A stretch of 64,000 bases of DNA, taken from positions 2,294,001 to 2,358,000 of the forward strand of contig OZ374565.1 in assembly GCA_977862235.1 (NCBI GenBank). The letters are read 5' to 3'. The notes under the pieces are model-generated. The model ran no database searches, was not told the DNA's origin, and saw only the letters and a program-made list of their open reading frames with translations. Shown here one piece after another: positions 17,393 through 29,700 of the stretch. Each line of letters starts with the position of its first letter. Within the stretch, counting starts at the first letter, position 1. The DNA is from Dudresnaya verticillata (lineage: Eukaryota). A program made the translations under genes and the position numbers.

Positions 17393-20300
17393 TTCAACTT
17401 TATAACAGGTGATCATATATTCTAATATTTTTCGACGTACAATCTACTCTAGTATCACACCAAAGTTAAACCCCAACTCAAGACAACTTGCACATCTACA
17501 CCTCCTGTTGGATCCCTTCCATCAGGCACTTGACGTTGTTCTGCACCAGTCGCGCCGCGTGCCTGTGGAACAGAGCCGCTCGCGAAACACCGCGAGTTAC
17601 CATGGCCCGAGAAGCCACGGTATCCGCCAACTCTTGCATATACTTGTGCGCCTCCGGGTGCCAGCCACCTAGTGTGGTCATCGGCACCGGCACAAGTCTT
17701 GCCCCCGGTCCGGCAGCCTGGATGAAGCCACGGTAAGTCCGCACCTTGTCAGCGTGGGCGTTCTTCAGCGTCCCTTGCGGGTTTGTTATGCAGCTGAGAA
17801 TGCGTTGTTCTGACGACAGTGGATGACTGATTGTGACGTCCAGGTAGTCCGTTCCTCCTTCTGTTCCAAGCGCCTTGATGTCCGGCCGATCCAGGTGAGC
17901 CCCCACAGGGCGGGGCTCCACAGTCGGGGTGCGTGTCGCACGTTTCAGATCCGAAGCCAGCAGACGAACCTGAGAGTCGTGGCGCCACGACCGAGGAGAT
18001 CCGCTGTTCCGCATGCCGTTCGGACAAATCAGCAGATGGTCGCCGTGAACATCCATCATCTTCTTGCACCCGGCCCGAAGGCACTCCGTGTCGGGTTCCA
18101 GCAGTGGAATCCGACAGTAGAATCGAAGCCATACGCGGTAGTCCCGATCCGCAATGTACGTCTTCATGCCTGGTGCCGGCTGGCACTTGAGCCAGTCCTT
18201 GGCGCCCGGCACGCCAAGGGAAGCTCGGAAAGCTTGAGTCCGCCTGTCCCCGAGCGGCAGCTCGGCCTGCACCTTCTTCAGTACCAACCGCGTCAAGTCC
18301 CGCTGGCGCGGGCACTCGTCGCTGTCGATCTTCTCGAGGTCCAGGGCATCCTCACTATGGCACTTGGCGCTCCAGTCTTCATGCGCTTCTACTGCAAAAG
18401 GATCGTCAGAAAGAGCAGTGTTCACAGAAGCGGGTAAGATAGAACGCAGTAAGTTGCGGGTCAGTGAAAGGGACGCCAAAAACGCGCTCGAGTTCATGTC
18501 GCCAGCTCCCGAAATACCGATTCCGAAGCTGGGATCTTTCGTGCGCAGGGGAAGCTGAAGTTCGCGGAAGGTGTCCCTCGGTAGGACTCCTCCCACGAGC
18601 TTGCGCGTGCAAGCCTCAATCTTCTGGTCGAAGAGCTCGGCGCCCTTTGCCGTGGCGGATGATGGAACTACTCGCAGCAGGTAGTTCAGCCGGCAGACTC
18701 CGGCACAGTTGCGGAGTAGAGTGATGGCCACGTGTAGGTCTTCTAGTCCCGAAATTGCGTCCAGCAGGGGCTGGATGGACTCTACATGGCCCTTCACGCT
18801 CTCCTCCATGTAGTTCTGCGTTCCAATCGGAGCCTGAAGTACTGTAGTGCCTTCTCCGTAGCTCTGCCCAAGATCCGACGGGTATGCAGCGCAGTCTTCT
18901 GGGTCGGGTGCAGTAGGCCACCAAACAGTACACTTGTCCATGCGCAGGTGGAAGCCGTAGCCCTTAGCTTCCTCGGAGTCAAAGAAGGACAGAACCTTCC
19001 TGAGTACGGCGTGTTTCGCCACGATGACGCCGTCGTCCAGGTAGAACAGTGACAGCAGCAAGTTGTTTGCTGCCTCCGCTTGCTGATTGCGGCCCGAGCG
19101 CCGCAGGTCGGCGGTGAGTTCCTTCAACTGTTTGATCAGTGCCTGCAGCACCAAAGCAAACAGTAACGGCCCGAGCGGGTCACCTTGCTGTACACCAGTG
19201 ACACTCCGCAGTAGAGTGTCACCCATCCACAGGTGCGGGCCCTCAGAGTCATAACAGTATCTGACCCACGATAGCAGTTCAGGCATATGTCGGCGGACCT
19301 CCTTCATGAATGCTTTGCGGCTGACAAGGTTGAAGGCATTCTTCAAGTCCACTTGTAGCAACCCGTAGGACTTGTCATGGCCGTGAGAATTCTGCAGCTT
19401 CCGGACCGCGTGTACAATCGCTTCTGTGCCGCCCGAGGTTGCGACCCCGAGCTGAAGCGGTTCGAGGTATGCCTTGGCCTTGGGAGCGACTCTGGTCATG
19501 AGCATAGAGCTCACGAGTCGTCGGATTGTCTCTCCTACAGCAATGGGGCGGACACCGCCGGTGCGCTTCTTCAGAGCCGTGAGAGGAGCGCTGGCAATCC
19601 AAGGCGACAGCTCCGCAGGTCCTGCGCCGCTGGCCAGCACGTTGACCATTTTGGTGAGCCCGCCAAGCAGGCCCGTGTGCTCGTGGGTGGTCGGGACTGA
19701 GAGCAGTTCCTGCAGATGGGTCGGTGATAGTCCTGTGCCCCCCGAGGCCGAAGCCCGGGGGAACTTGGCCACTGCTTTTCGTACTTCGTCGGCTGTGAAA
19801 GGCACGAAGTCAGGGATGGTCGGCAGCGGTTCGGACTGGTCAAGCTCGTGGTCCGCGTCGGTTTGCGGTACGGACTGTGGGTGCTTGTCCGTCATGGACT
19901 GTATCACAGAGTCTGTGGCTGGGGCGATTCCATCAGAGTCTAGAGCTGCTGCTGCCTTACTGTAGGCGCCCTCCTTTGCGAGGCGAAGGGCTCGTGAGGC
20001 GTTGATACGGCGTTGCTCTTCTGCGGAAGGCGCAGTCTGCTCACGGAATGTCGAGCCCTTCAAGGCCTCCTGCCATAGGGAGTCGTAATCCTTGAGTCCC
20101 CAGCGTCGGATTCGATCGCGGAAGGTGCCGATCGAGGACGCAGAGGTTGACGCGCCGGCCCTTGCACTCGCCGTGGGAGGATTGGACAAGACGGCTGCTG
20201 GAAAAAGCAGGAATGCAGTGAGCTCTTTGGTGGCTTCCTGAGAGTTGTTTGCGTTCGTAAAAGCCCATACCGTCTTGGACAGTGCGTCGCGCACCTCTGC

Positions 20301-22036
20301 GCGGACGCGAGACGGTATATGTGTGACCATAGGGATATGCGAGCGACAGATATCTTCGACCGCCGGCAGAAGCTGCCCCCCCGGACCCCGCGCAGCGTGT
20401 CGGGTTTGCGCAGTTGGTACCTCTTGAGTAGCAGGTACCGGTGCAGGAGGCGGCTCCTGGCTGTCCGGGATTCGTCGCGGGGCTGGCAGGATATCGTCCG
20501 CTGGCTCGCCGTCCTCGGATTGCGTCTCCGTGACCACGTCCAGAGCAGGAGACTGTGATGGCGCGGCTACAGTTTCTTCACGGCTCGGTGTCGTCAATTG
20601 GTTGGACGGGACGTGGGAGAACGCCGGAGTGCGAGTAGCGGGACATGCGCTGCAATTCTTGTACCGCATACTGTACATGCCTTCACTGTTCATGCGGGAG
20701 CTACAGTGGGTGGGCATGTACTTGTTGTGAGTCACACAGTACCATACGCCATAGTCCAGGAGCTGCTGCTTGAGAGGCTCGATGTCGGTCCTCGTCGGTG
20801 GTCCTCGCCTGCCAGGAACATGCATCTTCCGCAGGTGCATGAGTAGCGCTTCTACAGTAGGCAGTGAGGACGACTGGCAGCCCAGAGGACAGCTGGTACT
20901 GTTTGTCGGGCGGTGTTTTGCCGAAGGCATAAAGCATGGAGAGAGCCATACCTTCGGCATGTCGGGGTGCTGCTGACCAATCATGGTTACAGCGCTGGGT
21001 AAGGTACCTGTAAAGGTCCTCTACAGTAGGTTCCCTCGGGGCACAGACCTCCTAACCGGGACGCAAGCCTGTCGTCCGTCGTCCGTCTGTTCGGGACACC
21101 TCCAGAGGGTGCTACAGGTGGCCTTGCTGCGAGATGAAGGCCTCTTCGCAGCGTAGGGCGCGAGATCGCGCAATTTGCGCACGAGCTCGCGCAAAAGGGC
21201 GCACGTGTTAGCGTTCGCGCGCAGAGTTATCGGACGTTCCCTTCCCTGCCGCAGCTGAGAAGACTCTCTTCACTGCGGTCCTGTAACGCGCGGTACTTCT
21301 CGTTTGCACAAGCTCTCAATGGGGTCGCAGAACCACCGTCTACCTGTGAGTGCCCACAGGATTTTTGGCCTCCCCCGAAGGTTCGCTGGCAGGACGTTCG
21401 CTCGATCTTAGAAGGGGTGGTTTCAAAACAGGATCCACCAGGCTTAAGCCACGTTACCCCAACTTCGACGTTGCTTGGCACGTTTCTGCGATGAGCTTGT
21501 GGGTCACGAGCCGCCTACCACTCAAGGTCGAGGGTCTTTGGCGATTCCCACACTTGTAGGTCTCTCGGCACTTCCCGAAGGAAGATTTTACAGGACAAGC
21601 CTGGCCTTTACCAATCTGTCAGTTGAAGGGTGTGAAACCCCTCTGTCGACAGTCCACGGCAGCCTAGACAGAGTCTAGGCTGTGCCGGGTACAAGCAAAA
21701 CGCGTACAGGGCCAGGGAAAGAAAGATAAGTCAGTGGGGCCCGGGCAAATTTCAAGGTGAGGGATCACCTTAAAAGTAAGCGCAAAATAGGAAACGCGTG
21801 ACCGTCGGCGACGACGGCGGCGGCGACGGCGGCGACGACGACGGCGTCGCGGCGCAGATCGGCGGCGCAAAAAGAGACAAAAGTAGACCGCGCTCGCCCG
21901 CCCGCGAAGGTGAAGGGCTGAAAAACCCCGCACCGACGCGCCGTCGCGCGCTCGAACAGGCGGCACCGCCGCCGAAAAGATCGGTGCAGAACTTGTTGAG
22001 ATATCCGCGAAACAAAATTTTCGGCAGATCGCGAGG
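17393..22036 (-). mobile_element. Copy E4: full-length (subfamily A)
   Basis: Followed by AGTACTGAGGTGAG (22037-22050). Confidence 0.95.
17496..20984 (-). CDS. ZnF-RT-CCHC-RLE protein, 1162 aa
   Basis: Intact ORF, same motifs. Confidence 0.95.
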   Translation of the reverse strand: MIGQQHPDMPKVWLSPCFMPSAKHRPTNSTSCPLGCQSSSLPTVEALLMHLRKMHVPGRRGPPTRTDIEPLKQQLLDYGVWYCVTHNKYMPTHCSSRMNSEGMYSMRYKNCSACPATRTPAFSHVPSNQLTTPSREETVAAPSQSPALDVVTETQSEDGEPADDILPAPRRIPDSQEPPPAPVPATQEVPTAQTRHAARGPGGQLLPAVEDICRSHIPMVTHIPSRVRAEVRDALSKTVWAFTNANNSQEATKELTAFLLFPAAVLSNPPTASARAGASTSASSIGTFRDRIRRWGLKDYDSLWQEALKGSTFREQTAPSAEEQRRINASRALRLAKEGAYSKAAAALDSDGIAPATDSVIQSMTDKHPQSVPQTDADHELDQSEPLPTIPDFVPFTADEVRKAVAKFPRASASGGTGLSPTHLQELLSVPTTHEHTGLLGGLTKMVNVLASGAGPAELSPWIASAPLTALKKRTGGVRPIAVGETIRRLVSSMLMTRVAPKAKAYLEPLQLGVATSGGTEAIVHAVRKLQNSHGHDKSYGLLQVDLKNAFNLVSRKAFMKEVRRHMPELLSWVRYCYDSEGPHLWMGDTLLRSVTGVQQGDPLGPLLFALVLQALIKQLKELTADLRRSGRNQQAEAANNLLLSLFYLDDGVIVAKHAVLRKVLSFFDSEEAKGYGFHLRMDKCTVWWPTAPDPEDCAAYPSDLGQSYGEGTTVLQAPIGTQNYMEESVKGHVESIQPLLDAISGLEDLHVAITLLRNCAGVCRLNYLLRVVPSSATAKGAELFDQKIEACTRKLVGGVLPRDTFRELQLPLRTKDPSFGIGISGAGDMNSSAFLASLSLTRNLLRSILPASVNTALSDDPFAVEAHEDWSAKCHSEDALDLEKIDSDECPRQRDLTRLVLKKVQAELPLGDRRTQAFRASLGVPGAKDWLKCQPAPGMKTYIADRDYRVWLRFYCRIPLLEPDTECLRAGCKKMMDVHGDHLLICPNGMRNSGSPRSWRHDSQVRLLASDLKRATRTPTVEPRPVGAHLDRPDIKALGTEGGTDYLDVTISHPLSSEQRILSCITNPQGTLKNAHADKVRTYRGFIQAAGPGARLVPVPMTTLGGWHPEAHKYMQELADTVASRAMVTRGVSRAALFHRHAARLVQNNVKCLMEGIQQEV

Positions 22037-22050
22037 AGTACTGAGGTGAG

Positions 22051-25000
22051 TTCAACTTTATAACAGGTGATCATATTCTAATATTTGTCGACGTACAATC
22101 TACTGTAGTATCACAACAAAGTTAAACCCCAACTCAAAACAACTTGCACATCTACACCTCCTGTTGGATCCCTTCCATCAGGCACTTGACGTTGTTCTGC
22201 ACCAGTCGCGCCGCGTGCCTGTGGAATAGAGCCGCTCGCGAAACACCGCGAGTTACCATGGCCCGAGAAGCCACAGTATCCGCCAACTCTTGCATGTACT
22301 TGTGCGCCTCCGGGTGCCAGCCACCTAGTGTGGTCATCGGCACCGGCACAAGTCTTGCCCCCGGTCCGGCAGCCTGGATGAAGCCACGGTAAGTCCTCAC
22401 CTTGTCAGCGTGGGCGTTCTTCAGCGTCCCTTGCGGGTTTGTTATGCAGCTGAGAATGCGTTGTTCTGACGACAGTGGGTGACTGATTGTGACGTCCAGG
22501 TAGTCCGTTCCTCCTTCTGTTCCAAGCGCCTTGATGTCCGGCCGATCCAGGTGAGCCCCCACAGGGCGGGGCTCCACAATCGGGGTGCGTGTCGCACGTT
22601 TCAGATCCGAAGCCAGCAGACGAACCTGAGAGTCGTGGCGCCACGACCGAGGAGATCCGCTGTTCCGCATGCCGTTCGGACAAATCAGCAGATGGTCGCC
22701 GTGAACATCCATCATCTTCTTGCACCCGGCCCGAGGACACTCCGTGTCGGGTTCCAGCAGTGGAATCCGACAGTAGAATCGAAGCCATACGCGGTAGTCC
22801 CGATCCGCAATGTACGTCTTCATGCCTGGTGCCGGCTGGCACTTGAGCCAGTCCTTGGCGCCCGGCGCGCCAAGGGAAGCTCGGAAAGCTTGAGTCCGCC
22901 TGTCCCCGAGCGGCAGCTCGGCTTGCACTTTCTTCAGTACCAACCGTGTCAAGTCGCTCTGGCGTGGGCACTCGTCGCTGTCGATCTTCTCGAGATCCAG
23001 AGCATCCTCACTATGGCACTTGGCGCTCCAGTCTTCGTGCGCTTCTACTGCAAAAGGATCGTCAGAAAGAGCAGTGTTCACAGAAGTGGGTAAGATAGAA
23101 CGCAGTAAGTTGCGGGTCAGTGAAAGGGACGCCAAAAACGCGCTCGAGTTCATGTCGCCAGCTCCCGAAATACCGATACCGAAGCTGGGCTCTTTCGTGC
23201 GCAGGGGAAGCTGAAGTTCGCGGAAGGTGTCCCTCGGTAGGACGCCTCCCACGAGCTTGCGCATGCAAGCCTCAATCTTCTGGTCGAAGAGCTCGGCGCC
23301 CTTCGCCGTGGCGGATGATGGAACTACTCGCAGCAGGTAGTTCAGCCGGCAGACTCCGGCACAGTTCCGGAGTAGAGTGATGGCCACGTGTAGGTCTTCT
23401 AGTCCCGAAATTGCGTCCAGCAGGGGCTGGATGGACTCGACATGGCCATTCACGCTCTCCTCCATGTAGTTCTGCGTTCCAATCGGAGCCTGAAGTACTG
23501 TAGTGCCTTCTCCGTAGCTCTGCCCAAGATCCGACGGGTAGGCAGCGCAGTCTTCTGGGTCGGGTGCAGTAGGCCACCAAACAGTACACTTGTCCATGCG
23601 CAGGTGGAAGCCATAGCCCTTAGCTTCCTCGGAGTCAAAGAAGGACAGAACCTTCCTGAGTACGGCGTGTTTCGCCACGATGACGCCGTCGTCCAGGTAG
23701 AACAGTGACAGCAGCAAGTTGTTTGCTGCCTCCGCTTGCTGATTGCGGCCCGAGCGCCGCAGGTCGGCGGTGAGTTCCTTCAACTGTTTGATCAGTGCCT
23801 GCAGCACCAAAGCAAACAGTAACGGCCCGAGCGGGTCACCTTGCTGTACACCAGTGACACTCCGCAGTAGAGTGTCACCCATCCACAGGTGCGGGCCCTC
23901 AGAGTCATAACAGTATCTGACCCACGGTAGTAGTTCAGGCATATGTCGGCGGACCTCCTTCATGAATGCTTTGCGGCTGACAAGGTTGAAGGCATTCTTC
24001 AAGTCCACTTGTAGCAACCCGTAGGACTTGTCATGGCCGTGAGACTTCTGCAGCTTCCGGACCGCGTGTACAATCGCTTCTGTGCCGCCCGAGGTTGCGA
24101 CCCCGAGCTGAAGCGGTTCGAGGTATGCCTTGGCCTTGGGAGCGACTCTGGTCATGAGCATAGAGCTCACGAGTCGTCGGATTGTCTCTCCTACAGCAAT
24201 GGGGCGGACACCGCCGGTGCGCTTCTTCAGAGCCGTGAGAGGAGCGCTGGCAATCCAAGGCGACAGCTCCGCAGGTCCTGCACCGTTGGCCAGCACGTTG
24301 ACCATTTTGGTGAGCCCGCCAAGCAGGCCCGTGTGCTCGTGGGTGGTCGGGACTGAGAGCAGTTCCTGCAGATGGGTCGGTGATAGTCCTGTGCCCCCCG
24401 AGGCCGAAGCCCGGGGGAACTTGGCCACTGCTTTTCGTACTTCGTCGGCTGTGAAAGGCACGAAGTCAGGGATGGTCGGCAGCGGTTCGGACTGGTCAAG
24501 CTCGTGGTCCGCGTCGGTTTGCGGTACGGACTGTGGGTGCTTGTCCTTCATGGACTGTATCACAGAGTCTGTGGCTGGCGCGATTCCATCAGAGTCTAGA
24601 GCTGCTGCTGCCTTACTGTAGGCGCCCTCCTTTGCGAGGCGAAGGGCTCGTGAGGCGTTGATACGGCGTTGCTCTTCTGCGGAAGGCGCAGTCTGCTCAC
24701 GGAATGTCGAGCCCTTCAAGGCCTCCTGCCATAGGGCGTCGTAATCCTTGAGTCCCCAGCGGCGGATTCGATCGCGGAAGGTGCCGATCGAGGACGCAGA
24801 GGTTGACGCGCCGGCCCTTGCACTCGCCGCGGGAGGATTGGACAAGACGGCTGCTGGAAAAAGCAGGAATGCAGTGAGCTCTTTGGTGGCTTCCTGAGAG
24901 TTGTTTGCGTTCGTAAAAGCCCATACCGTCTTGGACAGTGCGTCGCGCACCTCTGCGCGGACGCGAGACGGTATATGTGTGACCATAGGGATATGCGAGC

Positions 25001-26693
25001 GACAGATATCTTCGACCGGCGGCAGAAGCTGCCCTCCTGGACCCCGCGCAGCGTGTCGGGTTTGCGCAGTTGGTACCACTTGAGTAGCTGGTACCGGTGC
25101 AGGAGGCGGCTCCTGGCTGTCCGGGATTCGTCGCGGGGCTGGCAGGATATCGTCCGCCGGCTCGCCGTCCTCGGGTTGCGTCTCCGTGACCGCGTCCAGA
25201 GCAGGAGTCTGTGATGGCGCGGCTACAGTTTCTTCACGGCTCGGTGTCGTCAATTGGTTGGACGGGACGTGGGAGAACGCCGGAGTGCGAGTGGCGGGAC
25301 ATGCGCTGCAATTCTTGTACCGCATACTGTACATGCCTTCACTGTTCATGCGGGAGCTACAGTGGGTAGGCATGTACTTGTTGTGAGTCACACAGTACCA
25401 TACTCCATAGTCCAGGAGCTGCTGCTTGAGAGGCTCGATGTCGGTCCTCGTCGGTGGTCCTCGCCTGCCAGGAACATGCATCTTCCGCAGGTGCATGAGT
25501 AGCGCTTCTACAGTAGGCAGTGAGGACGACTGGCAGCCCAGAGGACAGCTGGTACTGTTTGTCGGGCGGTGTTTTGCCGAAGGCATAAAGCATGGAGAGA
25601 GCCATACCTTCGGCATGTCGGGGTGCTGCTGACCAATCATGGTTACAGCGCTGGGTAAGGTACCTGTAAAGGTCCTCTACAGTAGGTTCCCACGGGGCAC
25701 AGACCTCCTAACCGGGACGCAAGCCTGTCGTCCGTCGTCAGTCTGTTCGGGACACCTCCAGAGGGTGCTACAGGTGGCCTTGCTGCGAGATGAAGGCCTC
25801 TTCGCAGCGTAGGGCGCGAGATCGCGCAATTTGCGCACGAGCTCGCGCAAAAGGGCGCGCGTGTTAGCGTTCGTGCGCGCAGACTTATCGGACGTTCCCT
25901 TCCCTGCCGCAGCTGAGAAGACTCTCTTCACTGCGGTCCTGTAACGCGCGGTACTTCTCGTTTGCACAAGCTCTCAATGGGGTCGCAGAACCACCGTTTA
26001 CCTGTGAGTGCCCACAGGATTTTTGGCCTCCCCCGAAGGTTCGCTGGCAGGACGTTCGCTCGATCTTAGAAGGGGTGGTTTCAAAACAGGATCCACCAGG
26101 CTTAAGCCACGTTACCCCAACTTCGACGTTGCTTGGCACGTTTCTGCGATGAGCTTGTGGGTCACGAGCCGCCTACCACTCAAGGTCGAGGGTCTTTGGC
26201 GATTCCCACACTTGTAGGTCTCTCGGCACTTCCCGAAGGAAGATTTTACAGGACAAGCCTGGCCTTTACCAATCTGTCAGTTGAAGGGTGTGAAACCCCT
26301 CTGTCGACAGTCCACGGCAGCCTAGACAGAGTCTAGGCTGTGCCGGGTACAAGCAAAACGCGTACAGGGCCAGGGAAAGAAAGATAAGTCAGTGGGGCCC
26401 GGGCAAATTTCAAGGTGAGGGATCACCTTAAAAGTAAGCGCAAAATAGGAAACGCGTGACCGTCGGCGACGACGGCGGCGGCGACGGCGGCGACGACGAC
26501 GGCGTCGCGGCGCAGATCGGCGGCGCAAAAAGAGACAAAAGTAGACCGCGCTCGCCCGCCGTCAAACGTGAAGGGCTGAAAAACCCCGCACCGACGCGCC
26601 GTCGCGCGCTCGAACAGGCGGCACCGCCGCCGAAAAGATCGGTGCAGAACTTGCTGAGAAATCTCCGAAACAAAAAATTCGGCAGATCGCGAG
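22051..26693 (-). mobile_element. Copy E5: full-length (B-like, mosaic)
   Basis: 5' junction GATCGCGAG-CTCGAAACCTC-GAGGTGAG. Confidence 0.95.
22152..25640 (-). CDS. ZnF-RT-CCHC-RLE protein, 1162 aa
   Basis: Intact ORF, same motifs. Confidence 0.95.
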   Translation of the reverse strand: MIGQQHPDMPKVWLSPCFMPSAKHRPTNSTSCPLGCQSSSLPTVEALLMHLRKMHVPGRRGPPTRTDIEPLKQQLLDYGVWYCVTHNKYMPTHCSSRMNSEGMYSMRYKNCSACPATRTPAFSHVPSNQLTTPSREETVAAPSQTPALDAVTETQPEDGEPADDILPAPRRIPDSQEPPPAPVPATQVVPTAQTRHAARGPGGQLLPPVEDICRSHIPMVTHIPSRVRAEVRDALSKTVWAFTNANNSQEATKELTAFLLFPAAVLSNPPAASARAGASTSASSIGTFRDRIRRWGLKDYDALWQEALKGSTFREQTAPSAEEQRRINASRALRLAKEGAYSKAAAALDSDGIAPATDSVIQSMKDKHPQSVPQTDADHELDQSEPLPTIPDFVPFTADEVRKAVAKFPRASASGGTGLSPTHLQELLSVPTTHEHTGLLGGLTKMVNVLANGAGPAELSPWIASAPLTALKKRTGGVRPIAVGETIRRLVSSMLMTRVAPKAKAYLEPLQLGVATSGGTEAIVHAVRKLQKSHGHDKSYGLLQVDLKNAFNLVSRKAFMKEVRRHMPELLPWVRYCYDSEGPHLWMGDTLLRSVTGVQQGDPLGPLLFALVLQALIKQLKELTADLRRSGRNQQAEAANNLLLSLFYLDDGVIVAKHAVLRKVLSFFDSEEAKGYGFHLRMDKCTVWWPTAPDPEDCAAYPSDLGQSYGEGTTVLQAPIGTQNYMEESVNGHVESIQPLLDAISGLEDLHVAITLLRNCAGVCRLNYLLRVVPSSATAKGAELFDQKIEACMRKLVGGVLPRDTFRELQLPLRTKEPSFGIGISGAGDMNSSAFLASLSLTRNLLRSILPTSVNTALSDDPFAVEAHEDWSAKCHSEDALDLEKIDSDECPRQSDLTRLVLKKVQAELPLGDRRTQAFRASLGAPGAKDWLKCQPAPGMKTYIADRDYRVWLRFYCRIPLLEPDTECPRAGCKKMMDVHGDHLLICPNGMRNSGSPRSWRHDSQVRLLASDLKRATRTPIVEPRPVGAHLDRPDIKALGTEGGTDYLDVTISHPLSSEQRILSCITNPQGTLKNAHADKVRTYRGFIQAAGPGARLVPVPMTTLGGWHPEAHKYMQELADTVASRAMVTRGVSRAALFHRHAARLVQNNVKCLMEGIQQEV

Positions 26694-26712
26694 CTCGAAA
26701 CCTCGAGGTGAG

Positions 26713-29700
26713 TTCAACTTTATAACAGGTGACCATATTCTAATATTTGTCGACGTACAATCTACTGTAGTATCACAACAAAGTTAAACCCCAACTCAAA
26801 ACAACCTGCACATCTACACCTCCTGTTGGATCCCTTCCATCAGGCACTTGACGTTGTTCTGCACCAGTCGCGCCGCGTGCCTGTGGAACAGAGCCGCTCG
26901 CGAAACACCGCGAGTTACCATGGCCCGAGAAGCCACGGTATCCGCCAACTCTTGCATATACTTGTGCGCCTCCGGGTGCCAGCCACCTAGTGTGGTCATC
27001 GGCACCGGCACAAGCCTTGCCCCCGGTCCGGCAGCCTGGATGAAGCCACGGTAAGTCCGCACCTTGTCAGCGTGGGCGTTCTTCAGCGTCCCTTGCGGGT
27101 TTGTTATGCAGCTGAGAATGCGTTGTTCTGACGACAGTGGATGACTGATTGTGACGTCCAGGTAGTCCGTTCCTCCTTCTGTTCCAAGCGCCTTGATGTC
27201 CGGCCGATCCAAGTGAGCCCCCACAGGGCGGGGCTCCACAATCGGGGTGCGTGTCGCACGTTTCAGATCCGAAGCCAGCAGACGAACCTGAGAGTCGTGG
27301 CGCCACGACCGAGGAGATCCGCTGTTCCGCATGCCGTTCGGACAAATCAGCAGATGGTCGCCGTGAACATCCATCATCTTCTTGCACCCGGCCCGAGGAC
27401 ACTCCGTGTCGGGTTCCAGCAGTGGAATCCGACAGTAGAATCGAAGCCATACGCGGTAGTCCCGATCCGCAATGTACGTCTTCATGCCTGGTGCCGGCTG
27501 GCACTTGAGCCAGTCCTTGGCGCCCGGCACGCCAAGGGAAGCTCGGAAAGCTTGCGTCCGCCTGTCCCCGAGCGGCAGCTCGGCTTGCACTTTCTTCAGA
27601 ACCAACCGCGTCAAGTCCCGCTGGCGCGGGCACTCGTCGCTGTCGATCTTCTCCAGGTCCAGGGCATCCTCACTATGGCACTTGGCGCTCCAGTCTTCGT
27701 GCGCTTCTACTGCAAAAGGATCGTCAGAAAGAGCAGTGTTCACAGAAGCGGGTAAGATAGAACGCAGTAAGTTGCGGGTCAGTGAAAGGGACGCCAAAAA
27801 CGCGCTCGAGTTCATGTCGCCAGCTCCCGAAATACCGATTCCGAAGCTGGGCTCTTTCGTGCGCAGGGGAAGCTGAAGTTCGCGGAAGGTGTCCCTCGGT
27901 AGGACTCCTCCCACGAGCTTGCGCATGCAAGCCTCAATCTTCTGGTCGAAGAGCTCGGCGCCCTTTGCCGTGGCGGATGATGGAACTACTCGCAGCAGGT
28001 AGTTCAGCCGGCAGACTCCGGCACAGTTGCGGAGTAGAGTGATGGCCACGTGTAGGTCTTCTAGTCCCGAAATTGCGTCCAGCAGGGGCTGGATGGACTC
28101 GACATGGCCATTCACGCTCTCCTCCATGTAGTTCTGCGTTCCAATCGGAGCCTGAAGTACTGTAGTGCCTTCTCCGTAGCTCTGCCCAAGATCCGACGGG
28201 TAGGCAGCGCAGTCTTCTGGGTCGGGTGCAGTAGGCCACCAAACAGTACACTTGTCCATGCGCAGGTGGAAGCCATAGCCCTTAGCTTCCTCGGAGTCAA
28301 AGAAGGACAGAACCTTCCTGAGTACGGCGTGTTTCGCCACGATGACGCCGTCGTCCAGGTAGAACAGTGACAGCAGCAAGTTGTTCGCCCCCTCCGCTTG
28401 CTGATTGCGGCCCGAGCGCCGCAGGTCGGCGGTGAGTTCCTTCAACTGTTTGATCAGTGCCTGCAGCACCAAAGCAAACAGTAACGGCCCGAGCGGGTCA
28501 CCTTGCTGTACACCAGTGACACTCCGCAGTAGAGTGTCACCCATCCACAGGTGCGGGCCCTCAGAGTCATAACAGTATCTGACCCACGGTAGTAGTTCAG
28601 GCATATGTCGGCGGACCTCCTTCATGAATGCTTTGCGGCTGACAAGGTTGAAGGCATTCTTCAAGTCCACTTGTAGCAACCCGTAGGACTTGTCATGGCC
28701 GTGAGACTTCTGCAGCTTCCGGACCGCGTGTACAATGGCTTCTGTGCCGCCCGAGGTTGCGACCCCGAGCTGAAGCGGTTCGAGGTATGCCTTGGCCTTG
28801 GGAGCGACTCTGGTCATGAGCATAGAGCTCACGAGTCGTCGGATTGTCTCTCCTACAGCAATGGGGCGGACACCGCCGGTGCGCTTCTTCAGAGCCGTGA
28901 GAGGAGCGCTGGCAATCCAAGGCGACAGCTCCGCAGGTCCTGCGCCGCTGGCCAGCACGTTGACCATTTTGGTGAGCCCGCCAAGCAGGCCCGTGTGCTC
29001 GTGAGTGGTCGGGACTGAGAGCAGTTCCTGCAGATGGGTCGGTGATAGTCCTGTTCCCCCCGAGGCCGAAGCCCGGGGGAACTTGGCCACTGCTTTTCGT
29101 ACTTCGTCGGCTGTGAAAGGCACGAAGTCAGGCATGGTCGGCAGCGGTTCGGACTGGTCAAGCTCGTGGTCCGCGTCGGTTTGCGGTACGGACTGCGGGT
29201 GCTTGTCCTTCATGGACTGTATCACAGAGTCTGTGGCTGGGGCGATTCCATCAGAGTCTAGAGCTGCTGCTGCCTTACTGTAGGCGCCCTCCTTTGCAAG
29301 GCGAAGGGCTCGTGAGGCATTGATACGGCGTTGCTCTTCTGCGGAAGGCGCAGTCTGCTCACGGAATGTCGAGCCCTTCAAGGCCTCCTGCCATAGGGCG
29401 TCGTAATCCTTGAGTCCCCAGCGTCGGATTCGATCGCGGAAGGTGCCGATCGAGGACGCAGAGGTTGACGCGCTGGCCCTTGCACTCGCGGCGGGAGGAT
29501 TGGACAAGACGGCTGCTGGAAAAAGCAGGAATGCAGTGAGCTCTTTGGTGGCTTCCTGAGAGTTGGTTGCGTTCGTAAAAGCCCATACCGTCTTGGACAG
29601 TGCGTCGCGCACCTCGGCGCGGACGCGAGACGGTATATGTGTGACCATAGGGATATGCGAGCGACAGATGTCTTCGACCGCCGGCAGAAGCTGCCCTCCT

